Counted from the stretch's first letter, positions 1 through 10,576 are shown. The stretch is DNA of 64,000 nucleotides from Candidatus Campbellbacteria bacterium GW2011_OD1_34_28 (GCA_001029775.1 CP011215.1:274685-338684); one strand, 5' to 3'. A program made the numbers and translations. Notes: generated by a model from the sequence alone, not told the origin.

Positions 1-1
1 C

Positions 2-568
2 TTGCTTGCTGTAAATATCGCCGGTATTTTGCTTTTTACCTATTTATTTCTAGCGAGAGAAAATTATGAATTTATTATTTATATCGCTGTTATTGTTTTC
101 TTTCTGTTACTGATTTTGTTTTCTCACGAAAGGGTCAATTATCCAGAAGGAATCCTGTGGGGTCTCACAGCTTGGTCTTTTTTGCATATGGCAGGTGGGG
201 GATTGTATTGGCAAGGTACAAAATTTTACGAATTGATGCTGTTTCCAATAGTGGGCGAGCCATACAATATTTTTAAATATGATCAGTTTGTTCACATCGT
301 TGGTTTCTGGGTGGCGACATTGCTTGCGTATTATTTGATCAAACCATTAATGAGAGACGACTCTGTTAAAAAGTTTTCTTTTGGCCTTATCATAGTGATG
401 GCAGGATTGGGATTTGGTGCTTTGAACGAGATTGTAGAATTTGGAGCAACAGTAGTTATTCCCGAAACAGGTGTCGGGGGATACACAAACACTGCTCTTG
501 ATTTGGTTTCTGATTTGGTGGGGGCTATAGGGGCGATGGTGTATTTGAGAGTGCGAAGTATTAAGTAG
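2..568 (+). CDS. DUF2238/YjdF-like integral membrane protein (5' end probably outside window)
   Basis: Multiple TM segments; YDQFVH and GALNEIVEF...DLVSDLVGA motifs typical of DUF2238. Confidence 0.7.
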   Translation: MLAVNIAGILLFTYLFLARENYEFIIYIAVIVFFLLLILFSHERVNYPEGILWGLTAWSFLHMAGGGLYWQGTKFYELMLFPIVGEPYNIFKYDQFVHIVGFWVATLLAYYLIKPLMRDDSVKKFSFGLIIVMAGLGFGALNEIVEFGATVVIPETGVGGYTNTALDLVSDLVGAIGAMVYLRVRSIK

Positions 569-601
569 TAAGTAGTAAGTGACGAATTTCTGAAAGAAAT
601 T

Positions 602-630
602 CGTCTTTGCGAACGAAGTGAAGCAATCCA
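602..630 (+). repeat. REP-like dispersed repeat CGTCTTTGCGAACGAAGTGAAGCAATCCA
   Basis: Identical copy at 6181-6209; variants at 6222-6293, 14077-14164 (reverse) and 17213-17294. Confidence 0.8.
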
Positions 631-636
631 TAATAT

Positions 637-676
637 AATTTAAAAAACTATCCCGAACGGGATAGTTTTTTAAATT
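637..676. terminator. Bidirectional intrinsic terminator downstream of tRNA-Ser
   Basis: AATTTAAAAAACTATCCCG-AA-CGGGATAGTTTTTTAAATT perfect inverted repeat with A and T tracts. Confidence 0.7.
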
Positions 677-687
677 TGAATAAATAC

Positions 688-708
688 CATTGCGGAGAGG
701 GAGGGATT
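688..708 (-). repeat. Direct duplicate of the tRNA-Ser 3' end (att-like)
   Basis: CATTGCGGAGAGGGAGGGATT identical to 756-776. Confidence 0.85.
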
Positions 709-760
709 TTAATCCAGAACTAAAATTTTAAAGAGTTACAACTGATGATGAATTACATTG

Positions 761-847
761 CGGAGAGGGAGGGATTCGAACCCTCGGCACGGTTTCCCGC
801 GCTCCGGTTTTCAAGACCGGTGCATTCGACCTCTCTGCCACCTCTCC
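761..847 (-). tRNA. tRNA-Ser(TGA)
   Basis: GGAGAGG acceptor stem, CCGGT-CTTGAAA-ACCGG anticodon arm, long variable arm, GGTTCGAATCC T-loop; CCA not encoded. Confidence 0.97.
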
Positions 848-896
848 GCAATAAAATCCATCACGAAATCAATATTAATTTAAAATTTAATTTTAC

Positions 897-1027
897 TGTT
901 GTGCAAGACCAGTGCAATCGCCCACCTATCACCTGTCTCACTTCGTTCGACTTGGTGATTTCTTCGCTTCGCTCAGAACCGGATAAAAAGCTCAAACGCT
1001 TTTCATCCTCTCTGCCACCTCTCCGCA
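897..1027 (-). pseudogene. Partial tRNA-Ser copy interrupted in the D-loop by a structured insert
   Basis: 1007-1031 identical to the tRNA 5' end and flank (830-854); after ~85 nt a degenerate D-stem/anticodon arm resumes (GCGATTGCACTGGTCTTGCAC). Confidence 0.65.
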
Positions 1028-1162
1028 ATAATATCTATATAAATTTACTACAACAAAATAACATATTTTTGATATAAAATCTACATTTCAAAATTTTATA
1101 ACAAAAACAACCCCTCTATGCCGAAGCAAGGGGGCTGTTGTTTTTGAGACGAGGCGAGACAA

Positions 1163-1525
1163 TTATTTTTTGATGCCCAAAATATGTTGTTCCTCGGGAG
1201 AAAGTTTTGAAAGGATCTTTTCCCGAATTTTCACCATCTCTTCTTCATCATCAAAGAGTTTTATTGGCTCTACGGAATTATTTATGACATAGCCGACAAG
1301 CCCGTTGGTCAAAACAAAAGCAGGACTTGTCTGGTGATAATTTGCATTAATCTGCACTTTGGAAAATGCTTTTGCTATATCTTCGTCTTTAAAAAATCCC
1401 AAGGAAGTGACCTTTCTCCCGTCTTCATTTGTTTGATAAACTTCTGTCATTTGGAGAACTTTAAAGTTAGAAAGCTCGGCCCCAACCAAATCTGCTAATT
1501 CCACATAGAAACTCTTGTCTGCCAC
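1163..1525 (-). CDS. Hypothetical protein (SD-led stand-alone cassette)
   Basis: GTG start after GGAGG; hairpin terminator at ~1103-1145. Confidence 0.7.
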   Translation of the reverse strand: MADKSFYVELADLVGAELSNFKVLQMTEVYQTNEDGRKVTSLGFFKDEDIAKAFSKVQINANYHQTSPAFVLTNGLVGYVINNSVEPIKLFDDEEEMVKIREKILSKLSPEEQHILGIKK

Positions 1526-1644
1526 ATTGCCTCCATTAGTTAAATGTTTATTTATCTTGCGATATCTTACTTCAGGTACTCTCAAAAGTCCAGAATGTAT
1601 ATAAAGCCTGCCTGCCGATAGGCAAGTTCATAAAGTTTTTAAAG

Positions 1645-1664
1645 CCTGCCTGTCGGCAGGCAGG
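1645..1664. repeat. 20-bp palindrome CCTGCCTGYCGGCAGGCAGG
   Basis: Variants at 1607-1626 and 14187-14206; same termini as the 43-bp repeat. Confidence 0.8.
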
Positions 1665-1834
1665 CTCTCCGCAGTGGGACTTATTTATCGAAAGACCTGA
1701 TTGCCTTCTGAAATAAGCACAAACAAAAAACACTCATTTTGAGTGTTTTTGTTTTAATTGATGACTCGTATGTTAGAATTTAATTAATAGAATTATCGGT
1801 ATGTCATACAATAATATCGTGTTAGTACAAACTT

Positions 1835-2236
1835 ATGAAAAAAATTAATGGTCAAATTGGTTCCGATCTTGGGTTGTTACTCCTGTCATTACTGGGGTGG
1901 GTTAATGTTTTTCATTTTCTTACAGAGTATGATCCTCCGACTCCTGAATTATCAACATTTTACTGGTCATTTTTTTCTATTCTATTAATTGATAGAATAA
2001 TTTCTAAAAAGATTAATAATATACTTTTTTGGAAAGGAGTTTTTGTTTCAGGATTAATTATTTTTATAATAGATAATATAAGATTATTTCCACAACTACT
2101 CGCTTTAAAGCAGATAGCGTATAGTGATAACATCTTTTTATACTTTGCTTTCTCAATAACAGGATTCTTAATCTTTGAAGCTATTATGCTTATGTTTATA
2201 TACAGAAGTTATAAATTTATATCAAAAGGTATTTAA
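1835..2236 (+). CDS. Hypothetical membrane protein
   Basis: 133 aa, about four hydrophobic helices. Confidence 0.65.
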   Translation: MKKINGQIGSDLGLLLLSLLGWVNVFHFLTEYDPPTPELSTFYWSFFSILLIDRIISKKINNILFWKGVFVSGLIIFIIDNIRLFPQLLALKQIAYSDNIFLYFAFSITGFLIFEAIMLMFIYRSYKFISKGI

Positions 2237-2242
2237 AATAAA

Positions 2243-4165
2243 ATGACTATATTTAATAAAACTTCAATTTTCGTAGTTCCAATAATTATTTTAATAATTG
2301 CTGGATTTTTTGTATTTAGCGGTGAGCAAAAACAAGAAAAAGAAAATAGTGAGGTGCCCGTAGAGAAGGTTACGAATGAAATCAGATTTATTAAAATAAG
2401 AGGGTGCCCCGACGATGCATACAAAGATATTGGCGTGGAGATTGTTAATCCTAAATATTTTATATGTAGAAGCTATCTCACAGACGGCACAAATGTGTAT
2501 TATCATGGCATACGGGCAGTAGCAATCCCTACTCAACCGCTTGCGCCAAGCTTTATTGCTACGTCTTCCCCAGACACAAGCGACAAAGCCCTTATGGAGT
2601 CAACAATAATCAAAGGAGCCGACCCAGAGACTTTTGAAATTATGTATTTCGATGAAAACCTACCTGTGGAGCAGCAAAACCACATGAATACATTCGCGAG
2701 AGATAAAGATTATTTGTATTGGGAAGGAAAGAGATTTGAGGGGCTTGATCCAAACACATTAGTTATATTGGGTAGAGGGTTTGTAAAAGACAAAGACGCA
2801 GTATATTTTTACTGGCGGAAACTTGAAGGATCGGATGCCACAACTTTTGAATTTTTGTGGGATGGGTTTGCGCGGGATAAAAATTTTGTGTACCGCAACA
2901 ATCCTCAACCTGAAATATTTAAAGGGGTTGACCCAGCTACATTTGAGAAAATTGACGATAATTATTTAAAAGACAAAAACGTCGTCTATTACCGACAGGA
3001 GAAAATTGGAGGATCCGACCCTGCAACTTTTGAGATTCTTTTAGGTTCCTATGCAAAAGATAAAAATAATGTGTATATGGATGGAAAGATAATCAATAAT
3101 GCTGACCCAGAGACCTTCTCTTTTTTGACGCACCCGTACCAGAGAGATGGTTATAATTATTTTTCGAAAGATAAAAACAATGTGTATTTTTCTGGAAATA
3201 TAATTTATGGAGCTGATTCAAACACATTCGAATTTATAGATTATCAATATATGAAAGATAAAAATGCTGTTTATTATAATAACGGCAGTAAAAAAATTGA
3301 TGGAGCCGACCCTAAAACATTTGAAGTGTTAGGAGGCGGGTATCTAAAAGACGGGAATTCTGTATGGATTTCTTACGGAGGCGAAGGAGGAGGTGTATCA
3401 TCTCATCGCAAATTAGAAAATGTAGATGCTCTAACTTTTGAGTTTATTGATCGTCAGTATGCACGCGATGTGACAGCAGTATATTGCTCTGGAGATGCTA
3501 TGGAGGGATTTGACTGGGGAAGCGTGGTAATACTTCAGGATAATTATATACGAGATAGCGAGCAAGTTTTCTTTAGATGTAAAAAAGTTGAAGGGGCGGA
3601 TGCAAAATCTTTTGAGGTGTTGGGCTATCAATATTCAAAGGATAAAATAGCAGTTTATTATATAGGCAAAAGAATTGATGGTGTGGATGCAGAGAGTTTT
3701 GAAAATCTGGCATGCAATTATTCAAAAGATAAAAATTCTGTATACAAGACTTCAGGGCAGACGATTTCCAAACTTGATAATTTTGATGCCTCCACATTTC
3801 GTATCATAGGCAATTGTAATCCGTCCGATAAAAATGGTGTGTATACAAACTCGGGAGAAAAAATAGCAGGTGCGGATCCTGGCACTTTCCAATTTTTAGG
3901 AGGAAGCTACAGTAAAGACAAGTATCGTGCCTATTGGAAGGCGATGCCTATTGCTAGCTCGGATACTGCAACATTCAAGTTTCTCAGTGGAGAATTTGCA
4001 AAAGATAACAATACCACATATTACAAAGGAGAAGTGTATGGTGATGAACTAAAGGCAATCTTGAGAGACACAGAAGAAGGGGGTGAACTTATGATCAACC
4101 CGACCCTTCCTCCATATGGACTTATTTACGAACTTAATAATATTGTGCCGACACCCGTTTATTAG
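2243..4165 (+). CDS. DKNYY-repeat surface protein
   Basis: N-terminal TM anchor; many GADPxTFE...YxKDKNxVY repeats. Confidence 0.9.
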   Translation: MTIFNKTSIFVVPIIILIIAGFFVFSGEQKQEKENSEVPVEKVTNEIRFIKIRGCPDDAYKDIGVEIVNPKYFICRSYLTDGTNVYYHGIRAVAIPTQPLAPSFIATSSPDTSDKALMESTIIKGADPETFEIMYFDENLPVEQQNHMNTFARDKDYLYWEGKRFEGLDPNTLVILGRGFVKDKDAVYFYWRKLEGSDATTFEFLWDGFARDKNFVYRNNPQPEIFKGVDPATFEKIDDNYLKDKNVVYYRQEKIGGSDPATFEILLGSYAKDKNNVYMDGKIINNADPETFSFLTHPYQRDGYNYFSKDKNNVYFSGNIIYGADSNTFEFIDYQYMKDKNAVYYNNGSKKIDGADPKTFEVLGGGYLKDGNSVWISYGGEGGGVSSHRKLENVDALTFEFIDRQYARDVTAVYCSGDAMEGFDWGSVVILQDNYIRDSEQVFFRCKKVEGADAKSFEVLGYQYSKDKIAVYYIGKRIDGVDAESFENLACNYSKDKNSVYKTSGQTISKLDNFDASTFRIIGNCNPSDKNGVYTNSGEKIAGADPGTFQFLGGSYSKDKYRAYWKAMPIASSDTATFKFLSGEFAKDNNTTYYKGEVYGDELKAILRDTEEGGELMINPTLPPYGLIYELNNIVPTPVY

Positions 4166-4187
4166 ACATGGGTTTTAAACAAAGTGA

Positions 4188-4646
4188 GTAAAAACAATAA
4201 AAATTAAATACTATAGTGTCGTAATTTTTTATTATGATGCTTATCCAGAAATTGGAACGAGAGAATATGATTTGGTAGGAAAACATAAATTTTATACTTA
4301 CCTTAAAAAAGGACTTGGTTTTATCGTCAGAAAAAAGCCCCTTAAAAGAATTAGTATACTTACGGATGATTTGGGAGAGAGTATAAAAGAGAAAGGCGAT
4401 ATGGATGTTGAGATTACCATTGATGCTGTTCATAATTTAAATAAATATGATGAAGCCGTGTTTTTTACAGGAGACTGTGATTTTTTACCACTTGTAACGT
4501 ATATAAAAAATAAAAACAAAAAAGTTTATATATATTCAACAAAAGATAATGTTTCGCATGAACTGAAAACAGGAGGGGATGGATATACTGATATTAAAGA
4601 TATAAAAGAAATTTGGGGAAAAGAATTAAAACATCGTAAAAAATAA
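4188..4646 (+). pseudogene. NYN/LabA (DUF88) PIN-like domain gene, N-terminally truncated
   Basis: KEKGDMDVEITID, FFTGDCDFLPL and ELK...DGYTDI motifs present; frame blocked by TGA at 4185-4187 and the N-terminal catalytic D-x-x-N strand is missing. Confidence 0.75.
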
Positions 4647-4716
4647 AAGCAACCCTCAGTTAAGAGGGTTGCCCTTGGATGTATGACCCTTACAGTTTTA
4701 TGACAAAACCATAAGA
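4645..4716 (-). ncRNA. Candidate small RNA convergent with the NYN gene
   Basis: Minus-strand TTGCCT (4746-4751) and TAATAT/TATAAT (4721-4729), 5' hairpin, then GCAACCCTC/GAGGGTTGC-TTTT terminator; no ORF. Confidence 0.45.
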
Positions 4717-4823
4717 TAATATTATATTAACAAAAAGGAGAAGAAAGGCAAGTGTTTGAGAGTTTTGTCTAAACTTAAATAAAAAAGGCTTTGTTTATTA
4801 TCATAAACAAAGCCTTTTTTCGT

Positions 4824-4900
4824 CTTATTACTCACTACTCACTACTCATTACTTACCCCTTACACCTCTCTCCTTACCCCTTACACCTTACCCCTTTCTC
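4824..4900. repeat. Degenerate heptamer tandem array
   Basis: ctcacta ctcacta ctcatta cttaccc cttacac ... cttaccc cttacac cttaccc. Confidence 0.85.
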
Positions 4901-4927
4901 CTTATCCAAATTTGATATAATGGCTAC

Positions 4928-6169
4928 ATGGTAGAAAAGAAGACAAATAAAATAAACAAAACAACAGATTGGGACGAAGTTACACCTTTGGCGGATCGGA
5001 TGCGTCCTGAAAAATTGGACGACTTTCTCGGACAAGAAGAAATCGTCGGAAAAGGAAAACTGCTTCGCCAAGCGATTGAATCGGACAACCTTCCCTCAAT
5101 AATTTTTTGGGGCCCTCCGGGAAGCGGAAAAACAACACTGGCTTTTGTGATTGCAAAAATTACTAAATCAGAATTTATAAAAATATCCGCCGTTTCCAGT
5201 GGGCTAGAAGACTTGCGAAGAAATATTGAAATTGCCGAGATGAACCGCCGACTAGGAAAGAGAACAATTCTTTTTATAGACGAGATTCATCGTTGGAACA
5301 AAACTCAACAAGACGCTCTTTTGCCCCAAATTGAAAACGGAACAATTATTTTAATCGGTGCGACGACAGAAAATCCCAGTTTTGAAATCCGCGGAGCTTT
5401 GCTTTCTCGTTGTCGTGTTTTTGTTTTGTCTCGGTTGGACAAAGAGCATTTAACACAGATTGTTAAAAAGGCACTCAAAGACAAAGAAAAAGGATTGGGC
5501 AAACTTAAAATCAAAGCAACAAACAAAGTGATTCAAAGTTTATCCCAGATGAGCAACGGCGATGCTCGTGTGGCTTTGAATGTTTTGGAATACGCCAGTG
5601 TGATGAGTGATGAAATAACTTTGGAAATTATCAAACAGGCTTTTCAAAAACCGCATCTCTTTTACGACAAAGAAGGAGAAGAACATCACAATATAATTTC
5701 GGCTTTGCACAAATCAATGCGAGGGTCGGACCCAGACGCTTCTTTGTATTGGTTGGTGAGAATGTTGGAAGGGGGAGAGAACCCTTTGTATGTTGCTCGT
5801 CGCTTGATCCGTTTTGCTTCGGAAGATATTGGGCTCGCAAATTCACGCGCTTTGGAACAAGCCGTCTCGGCTTATCAAGCTTGTCATTTTATTGGGATGC
5901 CAGAATGCGGTGTAAATCTGGCTCAGGCTGTTGTCTATATGGCAAAGTGTAAAAAATCTAACGAGCTGTACACGGCTTATGGTGAAGCAGTGGAAGATGT
6001 AAAAAAGTTTGGAAATCTGAAAGTTCCTTTGCATATTAGAAATGCCCCTACAAAATTGATGAAAAATTTGGGATATGGAAAAGGATACAAATATTCACCC
6101 GATTTTGACTACAAAGAAGATCAAGAATATTTCCCAAAAGAACTGAAAGGAAAAAAATATTTGAAGTAA
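4928..6169 (+). CDS. rarA: Replication-associated recombination protein A (MgsA/RarA AAA+ ATPase)
   Basis: [48 protein letters not shown]. Confidence 0.97.
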   Translation: MVEKKTNKINKTTDWDEVTPLADRMRPEKLDDFLGQEEIVGKGKLLRQAIESDNLPSIIFWGPPGSGKTTLAFVIAKITKSEFIKISAVSSGLEDLRRNIEIAEMNRRLGKRTILFIDEIHRWNKTQQDALLPQIENGTIILIGATTENPSFEIRGALLSRCRVFVLSRLDKEHLTQIVKKALKDKEKGLGKLKIKATNKVIQSLSQMSNGDARVALNVLEYASVMSDEITLEIIKQAFQKPHLFYDKEGEEHHNIISALHKSMRGSDPDASLYWLVRMLEGGENPLYVARRLIRFASEDIGLANSRALEQAVSAYQACHFIGMPECGVNLAQAVVYMAKCKKSNELYTAYGEAVEDVKKFGNLKVPLHIRNAPTKLMKNLGYGKGYKYSPDFDYKEDQEYFPKELKGKKYLK

Positions 6170-6244
6170 CTCACAAAACCCGTCTTTGCGAACGAAGTGA
6201 AGCAATCCACGTCGTCTCGTCCGTCTTTGCGAGTGTAACGAAGC

Positions 6245-6287
6245 CCTGCCTCTTTTCTGAAAGAAAAGCAACGACACGGCAGGCAGG
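6245..6287 (-). repeat. 43-bp miniature element CCTGCCTGCC...GAGGCAGG nested in a REP-like repeat
   Basis: Near-identical copies at 14083-14125, 30610-30652 and 58765-58807. Confidence 0.9.
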
Positions 6288-6478
6288 AATCCAGAAAAAT
6301 AACGAAGCCAAAAACACAAACAAAGACGGATTTTGCTTCGCAAAATCCGCCCACTTTCGTCTTTGCATCTACCGTCGTCTTTGCGCCACCCCACCCATCT
6401 TTAAAACGGCTACGCTCCCCAAAAAGGACCGTAGCCGTTTGGTTTTTGCACCGATAAGGGTTAAAATAAAAGGTAATT

Positions 6479-7930
6479 ATGTTTGAACAACAATTTAAAA
6501 ATATTGATAATATTCTTCACACCGATTCTGGGTGCGGAACAGAACTTGACTATGTTGAGCAGACATCGTGGATTCTTTTTCTTAAATATTTAGACGATTT
6601 AGAGGAGACCAAAAAAACCGAAGCGGAATTGGCGGGACAGAAATATACATATATTTTGTCTTCAGAATATTGTTGGGATAATTGGGCTTGCCCAAAGGAT
6701 AACAAGGGAAAAATAGACCACAACAAAGCTCTAGATGGAGATGATTTAAAAGATTTTGTTGATCATCAATTATTTCCTTACCTTAAAAAATTTAAAGCGG
6801 AAGATTCTAATACTATTGAATATAAAATAGGGGAAATTTTTTCTGAATTAAAAAATAAAATTTCTAGTGGTTATAAGCTTAGACAGATTTTAAATGCTGT
6901 GGATGATATGCATTTTCGTCTATATGAAGAAAAACACGAACTCTCTCATCTTTATGAATCTAAAATTAAAAATATGGGAAATGCGGGGAGAAATGGTGGA
7001 GAATATTACACTCCGCGACCATTGATAAAAACTATTGTAAAAGTAATTGATCCTAAAATTGGGGATACTATTTATGACGGAGCCTGTGGTTCTGCCGGCT
7101 TTCTTGTGGAGGCTTATAATTATCTAACAGAAAATAAATCCAAACTTTCTTCTAAAGAAATGGATACCTTACAAAACAAAACTTTTTTTGGGAAAGAAAT
7201 AAAATCTTTGGCATATATTATTGGGATAATGAATATGATTTTGCATGGAGTGGAAGCTCCTAATATAAAACATGTAAATACTCTGGCGGAAAATATCAAT
7301 GATATTCAAGAGAAAGACAGATATAAAATAATTTTAGCCAATCCTCCTTTTGGAGCTGGAATTGGAAGAGAAATTCAACAAAATTTTCCTATTAAGACAG
7401 GCGAAACAGCTTTCTTGTTTTTACAACATTTTATAAAAATTTTGAAAGCAGGAGGGCGGGCTGGAATTGTTATCAAAAATACTTTTCTCTCTAATACAGA
7501 CAATGCGAGTGTATCACTTCGTAAACTTTTACTGGAAAATTGCAACTTGCACACTGTCTTAGATCTTCCTGGAGGTGCTTTTCAAGGGGCGGGAGTAAAA
7601 ACTGTTGTTTTGTTTTTTGAAAAGGGGACACCAACAAAGAAAATATGGTTTTATCAACTAAATCTCGCTCGCAATCTTGGTAAGGGTAATCCTTTGAGTG
7701 AAAATGACTTGGTGGAATTTGTAAAATTACAGAAAACTAAAGCAGATAGTGAAAATTCTTGGAGTATAGATATAAAAGATGTTGATCAAAAAACTTTTGA
7801 TTTATCTGTAAAAAATCCGAATAAAAATGAGGAAGTTTCTTTGCGTGAGCCGAAAGAGATTTTGGAGGAGATCTCAGCGCTTGATAGAGAAAGTGAAAAA
7901 ATTTTGAAAAATATTAAAATTTTAATATAA
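6479..7930 (+). CDS. hsdM: Type I restriction-modification methyltransferase subunit
   Basis: GEYYTPR, YDGACGSAGFL SAM motif, NPPF N6-adenine motif. Confidence 0.96.
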   Translation: MFEQQFKNIDNILHTDSGCGTELDYVEQTSWILFLKYLDDLEETKKTEAELAGQKYTYILSSEYCWDNWACPKDNKGKIDHNKALDGDDLKDFVDHQLFPYLKKFKAEDSNTIEYKIGEIFSELKNKISSGYKLRQILNAVDDMHFRLYEEKHELSHLYESKIKNMGNAGRNGGEYYTPRPLIKTIVKVIDPKIGDTIYDGACGSAGFLVEAYNYLTENKSKLSSKEMDTLQNKTFFGKEIKSLAYIIGIMNMILHGVEAPNIKHVNTLAENINDIQEKDRYKIILANPPFGAGIGREIQQNFPIKTGETAFLFLQHFIKILKAGGRAGIVIKNTFLSNTDNASVSLRKLLLENCNLHTVLDLPGGAFQGAGVKTVVLFFEKGTPTKKIWFYQLNLARNLGKGNPLSENDLVEFVKLQKTKADSENSWSIDIKDVDQKTFDLSVKNPNKNEEVSLREPKEILEEISALDRESEKILKNIKILI

Positions 7931-7936
7931 AAAATT

Positions 7937-8560
7937 ATGGAATATAAAATAATGAATATTACGCATTACAATGATCCTTCACAATATAACGGGCGCAATA
8001 TGATTTCCGGAATTTGCCCATTTTGTAATCAGTCTAGCGGGTTTAAAATTAATGGACAAAAGACTGGGCATACAGTTCCATTGAAATGTGATAATTGCGA
8101 AAAAAATGTCATTTGGGATTTTGATGAAAGAATTGTCTTGCCTGTTGCAAAACCAAATTCACTGATTGGATTGCCAGAAAATGTGGACCATTATTATCAA
8201 GAGGCATTGAATTGCATTGCGGCACTTGCGCCAAATGGTGCGGCAACTTTGTTTAGAAAATTGATCCATCAAGTCGGAATACATTACAATGTTGCAAAAA
8301 TCAATGACAGTATGTCCCTAATGGGCATCGTTGAAAAACTTGAAAGCGAAGGTCATATAAATAAAAAACTTGTAGAGGCATTAAGGCGAGTCAAGGATCT
8401 TGGAAATGACGGAGCGCATATAAATGAAAATGAGCCAGATATGGAACAAATTTATGTGGTAAAAAACTTGATTGATAGTTTTTTGCAGGCAACAGTTTTG
8501 CAGGATGCGAATATAGAAAAATATGATCAATCTAAAGAAGAAAATAAAAGTAAAAAATGA
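7937..8560 (+). CDS. DUF4145 (HEPN-like) protein with N-terminal Zn ribbon
   Basis: CPFC...CDNC; YQEALNC...AATLFRK; KDLGNDGAH. Confidence 0.8.
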   Translation: MEYKIMNITHYNDPSQYNGRNMISGICPFCNQSSGFKINGQKTGHTVPLKCDNCEKNVIWDFDERIVLPVAKPNSLIGLPENVDHYYQEALNCIAALAPNGAATLFRKLIHQVGIHYNVAKINDSMSLMGIVEKLESEGHINKKLVEALRRVKDLGNDGAHINENEPDMEQIYVVKNLIDSFLQATVLQDANIEKYDQSKEENKSKK

Positions 8561-9339
8561 AACTTGTTTTTATAGATGAATTCAAACCAAATAGTGATAA
8601 ATTAAATTCAGATAGACTGTATGGCATTTCGGTTGTTGTTTTAGATTCTGCGTACTATACGAATTACAAAAATGGTTTTGAAAAAGCATTTACTAAATTA
8701 GGATGGTCTAGAGAAAAAGAATTAAAAGGGCGCTATGTATATTCAAGTAAAATTTTTGAAGATATTACAATAGATCAAAGGCTCGGTTTTGCAGAAGAGC
8801 TTTTCAAATTATCTCTTTCGGAAAGCGGGAAGAAAAAACGCATTTCTGTTTTCATTGGTATAGATTCGTTTGATAAAAAAACTGGAGAATCAGAGGTATA
8901 TGTCAATCTATTATGCAAAGTGTTAAATAAAATTGGTAGGCCGTCTAATAAAAAACAAGACAAGAATTTGATTGCCTTCTTTCTGGATAATAATGACGAA
9001 GTGACACGTAAAATAAAAGAATCGGATTTTTATAGTGTATTATCGGAAAAGTTGCATAAAAATTGGATTATTTTAGAAAAACCATTTTTTGTTTCTTCAT
9101 CTAATTTATTGCCAGGTATAATCTTCGCAGATTTTATATCCTATTTTCATCAGAATTTTATAGATTCAAATAATTTTCATGCAAAAATTAAAGAACGATT
9201 TCTAAATCTTTTAGATAAAAGCGAAAAATATATTGATGATAAAGAAAAGGAAGAATTAAAAAAATATATAACAAATAGTAGAAAAAAAGAACAAGCTGCA
9301 AGAATTTTAGAAGTTTTAAGAGACATTGTATATGTATAA
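8557..9339 (+). CDS. DUF3800-like (RNase H fold) protein
   Basis: N-terminal LVFIDE, ELKG, C-terminal S...GIIFADFISY. Confidence 0.55.
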   Translation: MKLVFIDEFKPNSDKLNSDRLYGISVVVLDSAYYTNYKNGFEKAFTKLGWSREKELKGRYVYSSKIFEDITIDQRLGFAEELFKLSLSESGKKKRISVFIGIDSFDKKTGESEVYVNLLCKVLNKIGRPSNKKQDKNLIAFFLDNNDEVTRKIKESDFYSVLSEKLHKNWIILEKPFFVSSSNLLPGIIFADFISYFHQNFIDSNNFHAKIKERFLNLLDKSEKYIDDKEKEELKKYITNSRKKEQAARILEVLRDIVYV

Positions 9340-10444
9340 TTGGCAAACAAAAAAACTTGGCGAGGTTTGTGAAATCAAGACTGGCAAGAAAGACGTTAAT
9401 CAGGGAAATCCTAATGGAAAGTATCCTTTTTTTACTTGTGCAAAAGAGCATACTTACAGTGATGTATATTCTTTTGATACAGAAGCTATATTAATCGCTG
9501 GTAATGGGGATGTTGGATCACTTAATTATTGCAATGGGAAATTTGAAGCATATCAGCGAACCTACGTTCTTTCTGAATTCAAAGAAATTGATGCCAAGTA
9601 TTTATTATATGTTTTAGATGGATCACTAAAGGATGTTGTTTCAAAACAAAAATTAGGAAACACAATGCCCTATATAAAACTTGGAATGTTAGCTGAATTT
9701 TTAATCCCCATTCCACCTCTTTCTGAACAAAAACGCATTGTAAAAGTTTTGGATGAGATTTTTGAGAATATTGAAAAGGCAAAGAGAAATGCGGAAAAGA
9801 ATTTGAAAAATTCCAAAGAGATTTTTGAATCGTATTTGCAGAGTGTTTTTGAAAATCCGGAGAAGGATTGGGAAGAAAAAACGTTGGATGAAGTTTGTGA
9901 AATAAGTTCTAAATTAGTTGATCCACGAAAGCCAGAGTTTCTTGATTTGATCCATGTTGGAGCTGGAAATATGGAAACTAAATCTGAAAAATTAATTGAT
10001 TTGAAAACTGCGAGAGAAGAAAAACTCATATCGGGAAAATTTCTTTTTGATGAATCAATGGTTCTTTATAGCAAAATTCGTCCATATCTAATGAAAGTAG
10101 CAAGGCCGAATTTTTCAGGTTTGTGCAGCGCCGACATATATCCACTTGTACCTCGAAAAAATTTGAACAGAGATTATTTATTCCATCTATTATTAACATC
10201 AATGTTTACAGAGTTTGCGATAAAGGGATCAGCGAGAGCGGGTATGCCAAAAGTAAATCGGGAGCATCTTTTTTCATTCAATTTTTTCTTGCCACCAATT
10301 ACTAAACAAAAAGCCATCGTTAAAAAGCTGGATGTGCTGGCAGGGGAGACCAAGAAGCTAGAGGCGATTTATAAACAAAAACTGGCTGATCTGGATGAGC
10401 TCAAAAAATCAGTGTTAAAAAAAGCTTTTAGTGGGGAGTTGTAG
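9326..10444 (+). CDS. hsdS: Type I restriction-modification specificity subunit
   Basis: WQTKKLGEVC, PIPPLSEQKRIV, second TRD WEEKTLDEVC, C-terminal LKKAFSGEL. Confidence 0.95.
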   Translation: MYMYNWQTKKLGEVCEIKTGKKDVNQGNPNGKYPFFTCAKEHTYSDVYSFDTEAILIAGNGDVGSLNYCNGKFEAYQRTYVLSEFKEIDAKYLLYVLDGSLKDVVSKQKLGNTMPYIKLGMLAEFLIPIPPLSEQKRIVKVLDEIFENIEKAKRNAEKNLKNSKEIFESYLQSVFENPEKDWEEKTLDEVCEISSKLVDPRKPEFLDLIHVGAGNMETKSEKLIDLKTAREEKLISGKFLFDESMVLYSKIRPYLMKVARPNFSGLCSADIYPLVPRKNLNRDYLFHLLLTSMFTEFAIKGSARAGMPKVNREHLFSFNFFLPPITKQKAIVKKLDVLAGETKKLEAIYKQKLADLDELKKSVLKKAFSGEL

Positions 10445-10576
10445 TGTTGTTTTTATCAACATTTTTCCTATATTTTTTAATAGAAAACTTGTATAATTTA
10501 AGTAGCTACTCGAAACTTTTTATGGATTATGTATTTACAAATTATAAATAATGTATTATTATAACCATAACAAACA

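Noticed and set aside
745..1077. 110-aa ORF
   Set aside because: Antisense read-through of tRNA-Ser and its shadow copy
6095..6394. Three overlapping minus-strand ORFs, with similar ORFs at 13881-14260 and 17083-17379
   Set aside because: They are translations of the REP-like and CCTGCC repeats; shared peptides reflect DNA repeats
9326..10444. hsdS shufflon
   Set aside because: Single hsdS, with no extra TRDs or invertase
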